A DNA stretch of 64,000 nt from an uncultured Gammaproteobacteria bacterium (GCA_963764725.1 CAVXTM010000018.1:608001-672000); one strand, 5' to 3'. Positions 19,817-29,806 are shown, numbered from the stretch's first letter. Program-made: numbers and translations. The notes: generated by a model from the sequence alone, not told the origin.

Positions 19817-19931
19817 GCTGAACCTCCCAAGCTATGCTATGAATCAACGAACCCCTCGGCATTTTCCCAGACTCGATGCGGGTCCGCAACGACCGCCGCT
19901 GCCGTGCAGCCCGGAGCGCTCCAGCTCGCAG

Positions 19932-21755
19932 ATGGATCGGCCCACGACGTTGATTAAGGCAAGCCTCCGGCTCGTGTGTACGGGGCTCTTCGCCGTATCG
20001 GCTGCCGTCGCTCAATCTCCATCCGAGGACAGGGTATCGGAACAGTTGCGCCAGCGCATGGAGACTGGCTCTCTGGTGGTGCAGGGCGCGAACATCGGGG
20101 TCGAGGATCCGCTGCCCGAGTTCTATACCCGCCGCGATTTCCGCCGGGTCTGGACGCGCGCGGAGCAGGTGCAAGAGCTCCTGCGACTGCTTGCGACGTC
20201 CGGGGACCATGGGCTGAACCCGGAGGATTACTTTCTCAGCAAGCTGCAAGACCAAGTGAAAAACACCAGGCGCGATGGATCGCGACCGGTGACGGACCCG
20301 GCGGTTGCGGGAACGGGCATTGAGGATCAGGCGATACCGGACGAGGCGAGCCGGCTGGCAGAGCTGGACATACTGCTCACCGAAGCCCTGATCCGCTACG
20401 GTTACCACCGGCGTTTCGGCAAGGTGACTCCGACGACAGTAGAGCCCAATTGGAATTTCAAGCGGGCATTTGCGCCGGGTGTAGACCCGGTAGGCCTCCT
20501 CGAGGAGGCGGTCCATGCGAAGTCGCTCGCTGACTTCGTCGAGGAGCGGATCCCACACGGCCCCTGGTACAAAAGGCTTCAGGCAGCTTTGAAGCACTAC
20601 CGGTCTATCGCGGCGTCCGGCGGCTGGGCTGCGGTGCCGACCGGTCGGGCGCTTAAGCCCGGCGGTGCTGATCCGAGGGTAGCGGCGTTGCGGGAGCGGC
20701 TCGGGATCACGGGCGATCTCCGTGCGCGCGGAGCCGGCTCCGGAAATTTATACGATGACGAACTGGAGCGGGCAGTGCGGCGTTTCCAGGACCGCCATGC
20801 ACTGAGCGTCGATGGCATAGTAGGTCGCCAGACATTGGCGGCGCTGAACGTGCCGCTGCAGGCCCGGATCGACCAGTTGCGCCTCTCCCTGGAGCGGGCG
20901 CGATGGGTACTCGAGAGTGTCGTCCCGCGCTATGTTGCGGTCAACACTGCCGGTTTTCGCGCAGCCATGGTCCGCGAGGGCAACGTCGTCTGGACAGCTC
21001 GGGTAGTCGTCGGACGGGCGTACCGGCAGACTCCGGTGTTCCGCGGCGAGATGCAATACTTGGTGCTCAACCCCACCTGGACGGTGCCGCCCGGGATCCT
21101 GCGCAACGACACGCTACCAAAGGTGAAGGAGGATCCCGATTACCTGCGGCGGGAAAACTTCCGGGTAATCGATCGCAATGGCCGCCGGGTCGATCCGTCA
21201 TCGGTCAACTGGCGGGCCTATGGCGGCAGCGTCCCGTATACGCTGCGTCAAGATCCGGGAGCGGACAATGCGCTCGGCCGAATCAAGTTCGTGTTCCCGA
21301 ACCCGCACGCCGTGTACCTGCATGATACGCCTGCCCGAAACCTCTTTGAGCAGCCGGAGCGTACCTTCAGTTCCGGCTGCATCCGGGTGGAAGATCCGTT
21401 TCGGCTGGCGGAGCTATTGCTCGACGATCCGAAATGGACGCGGCAAGCTCTGCAACGCGCGGTCGACGCGGGGAATACGCAGGTCGTGCGGCTGGGGGAG
21501 CCCGTGCCGGTATTCATCCTCTACTTCACCGCGACCGTGGATCCCGACGGGACGCTGCGGTTCTACAAGGATGTCTACGAGCGGGATGCCAGGCTGCTGG
21601 CCGCGCTGAACGGGGAAGTCCGGATCGATCTACCTCCGCTGCCCATTCCCCTCGAATCGAATTTCCGGGCGGCATCTACTATGTCACTTCACGCGGTGGC
21701 CGGGACAGACGCCGCTCCCCGTCGAAGGGGCGCATCCACCAGGGTCGCGCAGTAA
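19932..21755 (+). CDS. L,D-transpeptidase, YcbB/LdtD-like
   Basis: PG-binding AVRRFQDRHAL..DGIVG; NPTWTVPP, NALGRIKFVFPN...YLHDTP...FSSGCIRV. The C-terminal tail runs into a RAYT relic. Confidence 0.9.
   Translation: MDRPTTLIKASLRLVCTGLFAVSAAVAQSPSEDRVSEQLRQRMETGSLVVQGANIGVEDPLPEFYTRRDFRRVWTRAEQVQELLRLLATSGDHGLNPEDYFLSKLQDQVKNTRRDGSRPVTDPAVAGTGIEDQAIPDEASRLAELDILLTEALIRYGYHRRFGKVTPTTVEPNWNFKRAFAPGVDPVGLLEEAVHAKSLADFVEERIPHGPWYKRLQAALKHYRSIAASGGWAAVPTGRALKPGGADPRVAALRERLGITGDLRARGAGSGNLYDDELERAVRRFQDRHALSVDGIVGRQTLAALNVPLQARIDQLRLSLERARWVLESVVPRYVAVNTAGFRAAMVREGNVVWTARVVVGRAYRQTPVFRGEMQYLVLNPTWTVPPGILRNDTLPKVKEDPDYLRRENFRVIDRNGRRVDPSSVNWRAYGGSVPYTLRQDPGADNALGRIKFVFPNPHAVYLHDTPARNLFEQPERTFSSGCIRVEDPFRLAELLLDDPKWTRQALQRAVDAGNTQVVRLGEPVPVFILYFTATVDPDGTLRFYKDVYERDARLLAALNGEVRIDLPPLPIPLESNFRAASTMSLHAVAGTDAAPRRRGASTRVAQ
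21650..21712 (+). pseudogene. RAYT/Y1 transposase N-terminal relic
   Basis: An alternative frame reads PRIEFPGGIYYVTSRG. Confidence 0.6.
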
Positions 21756-21854
21756 AAGGGCCGCCTTGCAGCGACACGTCCGCTCATCCAAATGTGAACG
21801 CGGGCCGCGGCTCGCTCCAATCGTCATGCCCGTCGTTAACGCTACCGTCGCAAT

Positions 21855-22158
21855 GATGCAACGCGTTATCCGTAAAGCCAAGGCACGCGGCGTCGCCTTG
21901 GAGGTGAATGCCCATACGCAGCGGCTTGACATGCTCGACATTTACTGTCAGATGGCTAAGGAGGAAGGGGCGCGCGTGGCGATCAATTCCGATGCCCACA
22001 ATACTTTCGAGCTCGATGGCCTGCGCTTTGGTGTCGGGCAGGCGCGGCGCGGATGGCTGGAAAAGCAGGACATCCTCAACACCCGGAGTTTAAAGGAGCT
22101 CAGCGTTCTGCTTCACAGGACTTCGAAACAGGACACTTGTCGGTATGTCAGTTCATAA
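21855..22158 (+). pseudogene. PolX/PHP C-terminal fragment
   Basis: ALEVNAHTQRLD...AINSDAH...FGVGQARRGWL...ILNT. Confidence 0.8.
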
Positions 22159-22252
22159 TGCGCGGCAAGAGCACCTTCCGTCCTTCTTCCGAAAGCTGGA
22201 GCACGGCTAGTCCGCTCGCGGGCGTCGTCCACGGCTGCACGACGGGCGAGCG

Positions 22253-24250
22253 TCAGAGCCCGAACGGGTAGGTGTCGGGCAGCTCCTCCGATGTGGGCCG
22301 CCGAACCGCCTCCAGCGGCTGCACCGCGCGCGTCTCGTCGAACCAGAGATACTCGTCGAACTGCTGCGGTAGGCTCGCCAGGAAGTAGTGGCTGGCGAGT
22401 TCCGTCTCGGGCCGATACACGACGCCGATGGCCCGCTCGAGGCGCGGCGGCGCCAACTCTTCGCGGACGGCCGCGCGCGCGGGCTCCCGTAGGTGCAACG
22501 CGCACGCGCGCACACCGGTGTCGTGGAAGATGCGTTCGTAGCTGGCCTCGTGGGCGGGGCGCACGGACATCCTCTCCATGGGCTCGTCCCAGTCGGAAGC
22601 CGCCGCGACGGTCCCTCGATCGGTGCCGAAGCCGACGATGTACGCGGCTTCGCCGTAGGCGACGCGGCACAGCTGCCCGACGTTGTGCTCGCCACGAACG
22701 CTCATCTCGGTAGCGCTGGCGTCGCCCACGTGCGAGTTGTGCTCCCAGACGATCCCCTTCGAACCGGGGCCGTAGAAGGCGAGCAGCGACTGCAGCGTGT
22801 CGAACATGTGCGCGTCTCGCAGGTTCCAGGACGCGACCGAACCGTAGTACAGGGCGCGGTAGTAACGCTCCGCGTCCGCGACCAGGCGCGCATTCTGCGC
22901 GGCATCGAAGAAGCGCTCGCCGTCCTTCTGCGCGTACTCGATCCTGCGCGCCAGCATGTCGCGGAGCATGGCGACCACGGCCTGCTCCGCGCTCTCGTAG
23001 CGCCCCGCCAGCACGGCCCGGCCATAGGCCCCCGGGTCCTGTTGCCACGGCGTCAATGTGCCGTACCTCTGCCGCGCGACGCGCGACGCGGTGGGATCGA
23101 CCTCGTCGAGGTAGGCGAGGACCGCCGCGATGGACGTGAACAGGCTGTAGAGGTCGAGCCCGTGGAAGCCGACCCTGGCCGCGCCGACATCGAGCGCCGC
23201 GTTGTGCACGCGCAGCCACTCGACCAGCTCGTGGACTTCCTCGTTCCTCCACATCCAGGTGGGAAAGCGCGAGAAGGGGGTGAACCCGGGCGTCGAGCGC
23301 GGCCTCTCCCCGCGCACGTAGTCGTCGATGCGCGCCGCGTCGGGCCAGTCGGCCTCGACGGCTACGAACTGGAAGCCCCGCCGGCTCACCAGCTCCTTCG
23401 TGATCCGTGCCCGCATGCGGTAGAACTCGCTCGTCCCGTGCGTCGACTCGCCGAGCAGGACCAGGCGAGCGTCGGCGATCCGCTCAAGCAGCGCGTCGAG
23501 GGCGGTGGTCTCGATGTCGTCGATCGGCTCGGCCGCCTCGCGGAGGAGGGTCGGGAGCCCGGTCGATCTCGTCGGGAAACGGGCGCCGCGCAGGCGAGCC
23601 GGCTCCTCGCCCCACCCTTGCTCCCCGACCAGCGGCACGAAGCGCACTTCGGCGATCGGCTCTTGCCGGTAGTCCGTTTCGCCGTCTCGGGTAACACGGA
23701 CCAACGTCTGCAGCGCCTCGTCGGGACCGACAGGCAGGACCAGCCGACCGCCGACGGCTAGCTGCTCGAGCAGCGCGCGAGGCACCCGGGGGGCGCCCGC
23801 CGAAACTACGATTGCGTCGTACGGCGCGTGCTCCGCCCACCCGACGGAGCCGTCCGCGCAGAGTATGTGGATATTCTCATAGCCGAGGCGCGCGAGGCGC
23901 TTGCGCGCCTCTTCGAAGAGGGAGCGCACGCGCTCGACCGTGTACACCTCGGAGGTCAGCCGACTCAGGATCGCTGCGGCGTACCCGGAGCCGGTGCCGA
24001 TCTCCAGTACGCGTTCCCCTCCGCGGAGCCCGAGCGCCTCGACGGTCATCGCCACCACGTGCGGCTGCGAGATCGTCTGCCCTTCGCCTATGGGCAGCGG
24101 CGTGTCCTCGTATGCGAACTCGGCGAGCCGTGGCGGCAGGAACACCTCTCGCGGCACGCTACGGAACGCCTCGAGGATGCGCCGGTCCGTGATGCCTCGC
24201 CGCGCGAGGACCTCGGTCATCCGCTCGCGCAGACCTTCGAATTCGATCAT
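22253..24250 (-). CDS. protein-L-isoaspartate O-methyltransferase fused to an erythromycin-esterase domain
   Basis: GQTISQP, VLEIGTGSGY, APYDAIVV; then LLGESTHGTSEFY, VEADWPDA, WEHNSHVGDA, ERAIGVVYRPETE. Confidence 0.9.
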   Translation of the reverse strand: MIEFEGLRERMTEVLARRGITDRRILEAFRSVPREVFLPPRLAEFAYEDTPLPIGEGQTISQPHVVAMTVEALGLRGGERVLEIGTGSGYAAAILSRLTSEVYTVERVRSLFEEARKRLARLGYENIHILCADGSVGWAEHAPYDAIVVSAGAPRVPRALLEQLAVGGRLVLPVGPDEALQTLVRVTRDGETDYRQEPIAEVRFVPLVGEQGWGEEPARLRGARFPTRSTGLPTLLREAAEPIDDIETTALDALLERIADARLVLLGESTHGTSEFYRMRARITKELVSRRGFQFVAVEADWPDAARIDDYVRGERPRSTPGFTPFSRFPTWMWRNEEVHELVEWLRVHNAALDVGAARVGFHGLDLYSLFTSIAAVLAYLDEVDPTASRVARQRYGTLTPWQQDPGAYGRAVLAGRYESAEQAVVAMLRDMLARRIEYAQKDGERFFDAAQNARLVADAERYYRALYYGSVASWNLRDAHMFDTLQSLLAFYGPGSKGIVWEHNSHVGDASATEMSVRGEHNVGQLCRVAYGEAAYIVGFGTDRGTVAAASDWDEPMERMSVRPAHEASYERIFHDTGVRACALHLREPARAAVREELAPPRLERAIGVVYRPETELASHYFLASLPQQFDEYLWFDETRAVQPLEAVRRPTSEELPDTYPFGL

Positions 24251-24390
24251 GCTTGCCCTGCGTCGCTCACCGACCCGTCGGGTTCATCCTGCGATCGGCT
24301 GATCCAGATCAAGAAAGCCGTACGGGATCTTCTTATCCTAGCTTTTAACGGAGTTAAAATACAGTTTAATTTCATTTGAAGGGTAAGGGT

Positions 24391-25038
24391 ATGAAAACAG
24401 ACCGTCAGATTCAAAAAGATGTCATGGATGAGCTGGCTTTTGATCCGAGTGTAACATCCGAGAACATTGGAGTGTCAGTAAAGGGCGGCGTGGTCACGCT
24501 CAGTGGGTTTGTGCCAAGTTACGGCGAGAAATATGCGGCTGAGAGAGCGGCATTTCGCGTAGCCGGCGTTAAAGCCGTGGCTGAGGAGATCGATGTAAAA
24601 TTACCGGGGTCAAGTATTAAAACAGATGTCGATATTGCAAAGGCAGCTGCCAATGCATTGGAATGGCGTAGCAATATTCCTTCTACTGTGCGAGTTTCGG
24701 TCGAAGATGGGCAAGTCATTCTACGGGGCGAAGTAGATTGGGCTTACCAGCGCGAGGCTGCCGCTGCCGCCGTACGCTTTTTGAACGGAGTTGTGGGCGT
24801 AACGAATCACATTGCGGTTCGCGCACGAGTGCGCCCTGATGACATCAAGGAGAGGATTGAAAAAGCCTTGGTGCGCTCAGCAGAAAAAGACGCGAAAAAG
24901 ATTCGTGTCGAGGCATGGGACGGCAAGGTTGTTCTTTCGGGAACAGTTCATTCTCGTTCTGAGTTTAACGATGCAATGCGGGCTGCTTGGGCGGTACCAG
25001 GCGTAACGAGCGTCGACAATCGCCTGTCGATTGGGTAA
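24391..25038 (+). CDS. BON-domain (OsmY-like) protein
   Basis: Three BON repeats (GVVTLSG...GVKAV; GQVILRG...GVVGVTN; GKVVLSG...GVTSVDN). Confidence 0.9.
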   Translation: MKTDRQIQKDVMDELAFDPSVTSENIGVSVKGGVVTLSGFVPSYGEKYAAERAAFRVAGVKAVAEEIDVKLPGSSIKTDVDIAKAAANALEWRSNIPSTVRVSVEDGQVILRGEVDWAYQREAAAAAVRFLNGVVGVTNHIAVRARVRPDDIKERIEKALVRSAEKDAKKIRVEAWDGKVVLSGTVHSRSEFNDAMRAAWAVPGVTSVDNRLSIG

Positions 25039-25039
25039 G

Positions 25040-25160
25040 GCCGCTGGCGCGGACGCCCGGGTCCGCGCTTGTCAGTGTGGGGTCCCACTTCATCGCAATG
25101 AGCTTTCGGTGCCAGGCCATCAGCGTATCAGGCGTCCCGGCGAGGCTTAACTGCAGCGCC
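25040..25160 (-). pseudogene. integrase-core IS transposase relic
   Basis: TPDTLMAWHRKLIAMKWD. Confidence 0.6.
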
Positions 25161-25281
25161 ACGGCCAAGGGGCTGGGATCATCTTCAGCGTGGCACGTTT
25201 CCGAGACCGGCCATTCCTGCATCGCGGCTTCTTCGATATGCCGGACGGACCTCCGGCATCAGCGCACCATGTCCCTTTGTT

Positions 25282-25304
25282 AAATCGGGTTGAAAGTCCT
25301 ATCC
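25282..25304 (+). mobile_element. orphan oriIS-like motif
   Basis: AAATCGGGTTGAAAGTCCTATCC resembles 3794-3818. Confidence 0.45.
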
Positions 25305-25338
25305 TGTTCCGCTTGAATTCTCGCGAGAGGAAACAACC

Positions 25339-25818
25339 ATGAGACGAATTCTCTGCACTGTAGTAGTGGTCTGTGCCGCGCTGGCCCTGGCCGCGCAGCC
25401 GATGGAGCCGATGAAGTCCTCCCCGGTGGCCAAACCGGCCGCAACTGCTGACGTGAAGCAGACATTGAAAGACCGGTTCCGCGAGTACACCGAAGCGCTG
25501 ACCAAGCGCGATCTGGCGGCGCTGGACAAAATCTGGGCCGAGGGCTACACCTTCACCAACGGCCGTGGCGAATTCCTCACCAAGAAGGACCGCATGGAGA
25601 ACATCAAGAGCGGCGCAACCCAATTCGACTCCATCAGCCGCGAGGACGAAGAGATCCAGGTCTTCGGAGACACAGCAGTGGTCACGGGCCGTGTCGTGCT
25701 GAAGGTCATCTATAGCGGCAAGGAAAGCAGCGGGCCATACCGTTTCACCAATGTCTGGGTGAAGATGCATGGGCGCTGGCAGATGGTTGCCAACCAGATC
25801 ACGCCCCTCGCGCAATAG
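25339..25818 (+). CDS. secreted DUF4440/NTF2-like protein
   Basis: Signal peptide; DLAALDKIWA, GDTAVVTG, RFTNVWVK..GRWQMV. Confidence 0.85.
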   Translation: MRRILCTVVVVCAALALAAQPMEPMKSSPVAKPAATADVKQTLKDRFREYTEALTKRDLAALDKIWAEGYTFTNGRGEFLTKKDRMENIKSGATQFDSISREDEEIQVFGDTAVVTGRVVLKVIYSGKESSGPYRFTNVWVKMHGRWQMVANQITPLAQ

Positions 25819-25869
25819 CGAAGAGACAATTGTGGGTCGTAGTCGAGGGCAGTGGGTAAGAGCACTCGA

Positions 25870-25936
25870 TACGATTCTTCAACCAGCTGGGCCTTGAAGC
25901 CGCCCCAGAACATGCGCTTGCCGTCGAAAGGCAGCG
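25870..25936 (-). pseudogene. DUF1428 C-terminal fragment
   Basis: PFDGKRMFWGGFK. Confidence 0.65.
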
Positions 25937-26434
25937 CTACCCCGCGTACGCCCGCTTCAGTCCGTCGATGTCGAGCTTTTTCATTTGCAGCATCGCCGCC
26001 ATCACCCTTTCCGATTTTACGTAATCGGGGTCGGTCATCATCTCGATCAGGGCGACAGGCACCACCTGCCACGACACACCGTATTTGTCCTTGAGCCAGC
26101 CGCATTGCTGGGCCGCTTCGTCGCCGCCCTCGGACAGCTTTTGCCAATAATGGTCCACTTCTCTCTGCGTCTCGCAATTGATCTGGAACGAAATCGCTTC
26201 GTTGAACTTGAATAGCGGGCCGCCGTTGAGGGCGGTAAACGCATGTCCATCGAGCTCGAACGCGACGACCATCACCGAGCCCACCGCTCTTCCATGAATT
26301 TCATGCCCCGCTTCCCCATACCGGGAAATATTGGTGATCTTTGAATTCTCGAAAATGCTGGTGTAGAACTTTGCCGCTTCTTCGGCTTGATTGTCGAACC
26401 ACAAGCAAGGAGCGATTTTTTGCAGCTTCAGCAT
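25937..26434 (-). CDS. VOC family protein (PhnB/3-dmu-9 type)
   Basis: PCLWFDNQAEEAAKFY, ALNGGP, CGWLKDKYGVSWQVVP. Confidence 0.9.
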   Translation of the reverse strand: MLKLQKIAPCLWFDNQAEEAAKFYTSIFENSKITNISRYGEAGHEIHGRAVGSVMVVAFELDGHAFTALNGGPLFKFNEAISFQINCETQREVDHYWQKLSEGGDEAAQQCGWLKDKYGVSWQVVPVALIEMMTDPDYVKSERVMAAMLQMKKLDIDGLKRAYAG

Positions 26435-26504
26435 GATGTTTTCCTTTCAGTTTGTCTTGGTTGCACTGTGATTGACTGGATACATGGGTTTTTTGTTCGT
26501 TCAA

Positions 26505-27218
26505 TTACGTCTCGTGGCGTGGCTGCTTGCCGTACTCGTCGTGGCGGCGCCACCACTCATACGGTGGGGTTTGCGGCGTGCCAGCCGGTGAGTCCTCCCA
26601 GGTTTCCTGGCGGCCGAACGGTGTCATGTCAAGCAGGCCCCAGGTGGCTCCGATCGCTTCGGTGCCACGCGCACTGGTGTAGTACGTGTAGAAAATGCCG
26701 TCACCGTCGCGGAGAAATACGTTGACCCGGTGTAATTCCTCGTCGTCTTTCGTGACACCGATGTCGACGTTGAAGTCGTTCTTGGCCGAGGAGTACCACG
26801 GCAAGGTCCAACCCATGCGCTTCCTGTATCGCTCGATATTCTCGAGCGGTGCTCGCGACACCAGCACGAGGGACACATCGCGAGCGTGCAGGTGGTCGGT
26901 GTTTCCGATGTTATCGACGACGAACGAGCAGCCGGGGCAACCCGCCGTGGGCCAGCCGTTGACGCCGGGCGCGAACATGAAGCTGTAGAGGATGAGCTGG
27001 CGGCGTCCCTCGAACAGGTCGCGGAGACTTGCCGTGCCTTGGGGTCCCTCGAAGACGTAGTTCTTTTCGATCCTGAGCCTCGGCAGCCTGCGACGTTCCG
27101 CGGCCAGCGCGTCTCGCGCACGGGTGGCCGCTTTTTCTTTGGCGAGCAGTTTATCGTGAGCTGCTTGCCACTCGGTTTGGGATACGATTTCGGGGTGTGG
27201 AATAGTTGCTTCAGTCAT
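26505..27218 (-). CDS. DUF899 thioredoxin-like protein
   Basis: LAAERRRLP, DLFEGRRQL, GCPGCS, LDMTPFGRQE. Confidence 0.9.
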   Translation of the reverse strand: MTEATIPHPEIVSQTEWQAAHDKLLAKEKAATRARDALAAERRRLPRLRIEKNYVFEGPQGTASLRDLFEGRRQLILYSFMFAPGVNGWPTAGCPGCSFVVDNIGNTDHLHARDVSLVLVSRAPLENIERYRKRMGWTLPWYSSAKNDFNVDIGVTKDDEELHRVNVFLRDGDGIFYTYYTSARGTEAIGATWGLLDMTPFGRQETWEDSPAGTPQTPPYEWWRRHDEYGKQPRHET

Positions 27219-27396
27219 GGTCGTCTCCTTTGTCGGTGTTTCCAGTTACTTGCGAAGATTCATCTTTCCGTTCCGATCTCCCGGACTGGATGCTTGTGCT
27301 GCACCCAAACCGCGTCATAACGAGAGCGGCCAGCCCGCCCGCAGTACTGCCAGCGGTGGCCATCAACGCAATGGATGCCATGCATAGGGGACACAT
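27211..27396 (-). CDS. small hypothetical protein
   Basis: MCPLC...AGSTAGGLAALV; overlaps the DUF899 start in operon fashion. Confidence 0.55.
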   Translation of the reverse strand: MCPLCMASIALMATAGSTAGGLAALVMTRFGCSTSIQSGRSERKDESSQVTGNTDKGDDHD

Positions 27397-27418
27397 CGAA
27401 ATTCACATCCAATTGTGA

Positions 27419-27790
27419 TTAGCCGTAGCGCCGCTCCACTCTGAGCGCTTCCTCGACCGGACGGACTTCGATATTGCCCAGCCGTGCCGATGGCCATTTG
27501 GATGCCACCTGGATGGCCTCATTCAGGTCCCGAGCATTGATCAGGAAGAATCCGCCCAGCTGCTCCTTCGTCTCTGCGAAGGGGCCATCGGTCACCGACA
27601 GCTTGCCGTTGCGAACCCGCAGGGTCGCCGCAGTCCGGGCGCTTTGCAGGGCGTTGGTGAGGATCAGGTGACCGCTTCGCTGTAGCGCTTCGGCATAGAC
27701 CAGGGTTTCCTTCCTTAGCGCATCCCACTCGCTTCGCGACATCGCATGGAACGTTTCTTCAGCTTCGTAAGCCAGGCACAGGTATTTCAT
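27419..27790 (-). CDS. YciI/DGPF family protein
   Basis: VTDGPFAETKEQLGGF, IEVRPV. Confidence 0.9.
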   Translation of the reverse strand: MKYLCLAYEAEETFHAMSRSEWDALRKETLVYAEALQRSGHLILTNALQSARTAATLRVRNGKLSVTDGPFAETKEQLGGFFLINARDLNEAIQVASKWPSARLGNIEVRPVEEALRVERRYG

Positions 27791-27899
27791 TGCATGCTCC
27801 AGGTCAGGGATTTGGCATCGAGGTCAGTACCATCCACGACACGCCGAAGCGGTCGGCCATGATGTCTCCCTTCAGGGTTTGGTTTATTGCTGACAATTA

Positions 27900-27926
27900 G
27901 TCGAATGCGGTTGCGCGAAATCGACA
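27900..27926 (-). promoter_or_regulatory. ECF42-type promoter candidate
   Basis: Minus strand TGTCGA-N17-CGAC upstream of the DGPF operon. Confidence 0.5.
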
Positions 27927-28266
27927 TCAATCCCTGAATTCTTTCTATTGGTTGTCTATTCCTCGCAGCGTCTCCGGGACTTCTTCTGGATCACGCACGG
28001 ACCAATTAACCATGCTTAGGCGCGAGGGGGCTAAACACCGGAAGGACGGCTGTCATTCCCGAACATCCGTATGCAACTAAAACGAGCACCGGGCAAGGTC
28101 TGCCGAAATCACCATGCCCGGCGACTGTCACGAGTCGCCACGTTTCATGGAGCCCGGCCGTCGGTGTTCTGGAGAGACTCCAGCTCCTCTAACAGCAGCA
28201 AACTTTGCTGCCCAACTTGCAAGCTCCGACAATACGGATTACGAAGTGCCTGCACCTTTCACTGAT

Positions 28267-28818
28267 TCACCCTCGAACCTTTTCATAGATCGCTTCAACG
28301 GCTACCGATAAGCCCACCGAGTGCAAATGCATCGTATCGCTCTCAGTGCACGTCTCAAGCTCCCATCCATCGGAGGTGCGGCGGTAGATACGGATTTCGC
28401 AGGAGTCCTGAGCGACCATGACATACTCTTGCAAGCTGTCGAGTGTTTGGTAAGCGACGCGTTTTTCCAGATTGTCCCGTACTTCAGTCGAGGGCGACAG
28501 CACTTCGATAATAAGCACCGGATACTCGCAATAATAGTCCTGGGATTCGCGTGGGTCGCAGGTCACAACGAGATCGGGATAATAAAATGCTTCTCCTACC
28601 CGGACCTTTACATCGGACATGAATACCTGGCAGGGTTGGCTCCGAAGATGGATATTTAAGGCGGTGTGCAGATTCCCCGCGATCTGGTTGTGATTGCGGC
28701 TCGCGCCGACCATCGCGTACACCTGCCCGGCGATGTATTCATGCTTTATCGCACTGTTCTTTTCCCCTTCCAAGTAATCTTCAGGGCGTATCGGAACTAA
28801 TTTTTGAACGGTAGGCAT
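28267..28818 (-). CDS. Uma2 family endonuclease
   Basis: KHEYIAG, YYPDLVVTC, LIIEVLSPST, LQEYVMV. Confidence 0.9.
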   Translation of the reverse strand: MPTVQKLVPIRPEDYLEGEKNSAIKHEYIAGQVYAMVGASRNHNQIAGNLHTALNIHLRSQPCQVFMSDVKVRVGEAFYYPDLVVTCDPRESQDYYCEYPVLIIEVLSPSTEVRDNLEKRVAYQTLDSLQEYVMVAQDSCEIRIYRRTSDGWELETCTESDTMHLHSVGLSVAVEAIYEKVRG

Positions 28819-28893
28819 GACGAAAATTACTCCACGCTCAGCACACAAATCATAGCAGCTTCGTTGTGCTAATAGCTTTTCTAGCTTCACTTT

Positions 28894-29361
28894 CTATCTT
28901 AGCTGTATTGTCCTTACACTTGCCTCAGGCGGTCTGCGCGCGGTCGAAGTGACCTCTCCCTCCCCCCGCGCCCCGGCGATCGCTTTATTGTGGCGCAATG
29001 GCGTGCCCGCAGGAATAGTCCAAGTCTGCCGGACCTCCGGTGTCTCGGGTAAACCATAGCGCTTCTGAGCCTGTTTCGGCGACAGGGGACGACCGGCCCT
29101 GCTTCGCGAGGTCATGTGGTTACCGACCGCTAGCCCGTGCCGGGTTTCGTGCCGCGCCTGAGCACGGGTCGTGTAACGGATACCGTTATGGGTCTCGTGA
29201 GAGGCGTAGCCGTCGTGGCTGCATCCCGCGCCAGATCGCGCTTGAGTACCTTGTTCATGGCAGAGCGGGCAAACAGCTTTGCCAATACCCCGTACAGCGG
29301 CGGCGGGCGCCATGAAAAGCCCTGTTACGATCACCATACATAGTGGTCTATGGCGAAACAT
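28894..29361 (-). CDS. hypothetical exported protein, probably with two compensating indels
   Basis: Hydrophobic N-terminus; C-terminal RYTT...HMTS...AQKRYGLPETP...GEGE. Confidence 0.4.
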   Translation of the reverse strand: MFRHRPLCMVIVTGLFMAPAAAVRGIGKAVCPLCHEQGTQARSGAGCSHDGYASHETHNGIRYTTRAQARHETRHGLAVGNHMTSRSRAGRPLSPKQAQKRYGLPETPEVRQTWTIPAGTPLRHNKAIAGARGEGEVTSTARRPPEASVRTIQLR

Positions 29362-29409
29362 CAGGGACGACCTCCATCATTCAACCAAACGAAGGAATGC
29401 GCGGAAACC

Positions 29410-29510
29410 GCGTCGTTGCATCCGGCATTTCCTCATAGATATGCAGGGCTTCAAGCACCAACTGTGCATTGCCATGAATGGCACTGAGAGGCGTACGCAT
29501 TTCATAATAT
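29410..29510 (-). pseudogene. histidine-kinase HisKA relic
   Basis: EMRTPLSAIHGNAQLV. Confidence 0.45.
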
Positions 29511-29602
29511 TGTCTTAAGGGCGCGCGGCGAAATGTAGTATCATCCGAGGCGTGATAAACACGCACTAGCGTCATATTTAACTAGCTGCGAGGCCTACGT
29601 CC

Positions 29603-29806
29603 ATGAAAGTCTTGCGCCGGCGGTTGGAAGGTGAAGCGACGGATACTCGAGATGAAATCAGTTCGGTCGTGAAAGATCCTGAGTTGTGGTTGGAGCTGCC
29701 TAATGACCAGTTGGGCGGTAAAATGCCTCAGGATCTGATTGGAACCCCAGAGGAAGAGAATTTACGAGATTTGATTCGCGCCATTAAGCACGGCATACCT
29801 CTATGA
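29603..29806 (+). CDS. MbcA/ParS/Xre-type antitoxin (toxin-binding domain)
   Basis: WLELPNDQLGGKMPQDLI; ATGA overlap with the RES gene. Confidence 0.8.
   Translation: MKVLRRRLEGEATDTRDEISSVVKDPELWLELPNDQLGGKMPQDLIGTPEEENLRDLIRAIKHGIPL

Noticed and set aside
22113-24379. Long alternative-frame and antisense ORFs over the pcm-esterase gene (and similar ones elsewhere, e.g. 134-598)
   Set aside because: High-GC shadow ORFs, Arg/Ala/Pro-rich, overlapping well-supported genes.
17430-25936. DUF1428 N- and C-terminal fragments as one gene split by inversion
   Set aside because: The middle of the gene is missing and each fragment has its own context; more simply two independent relics.
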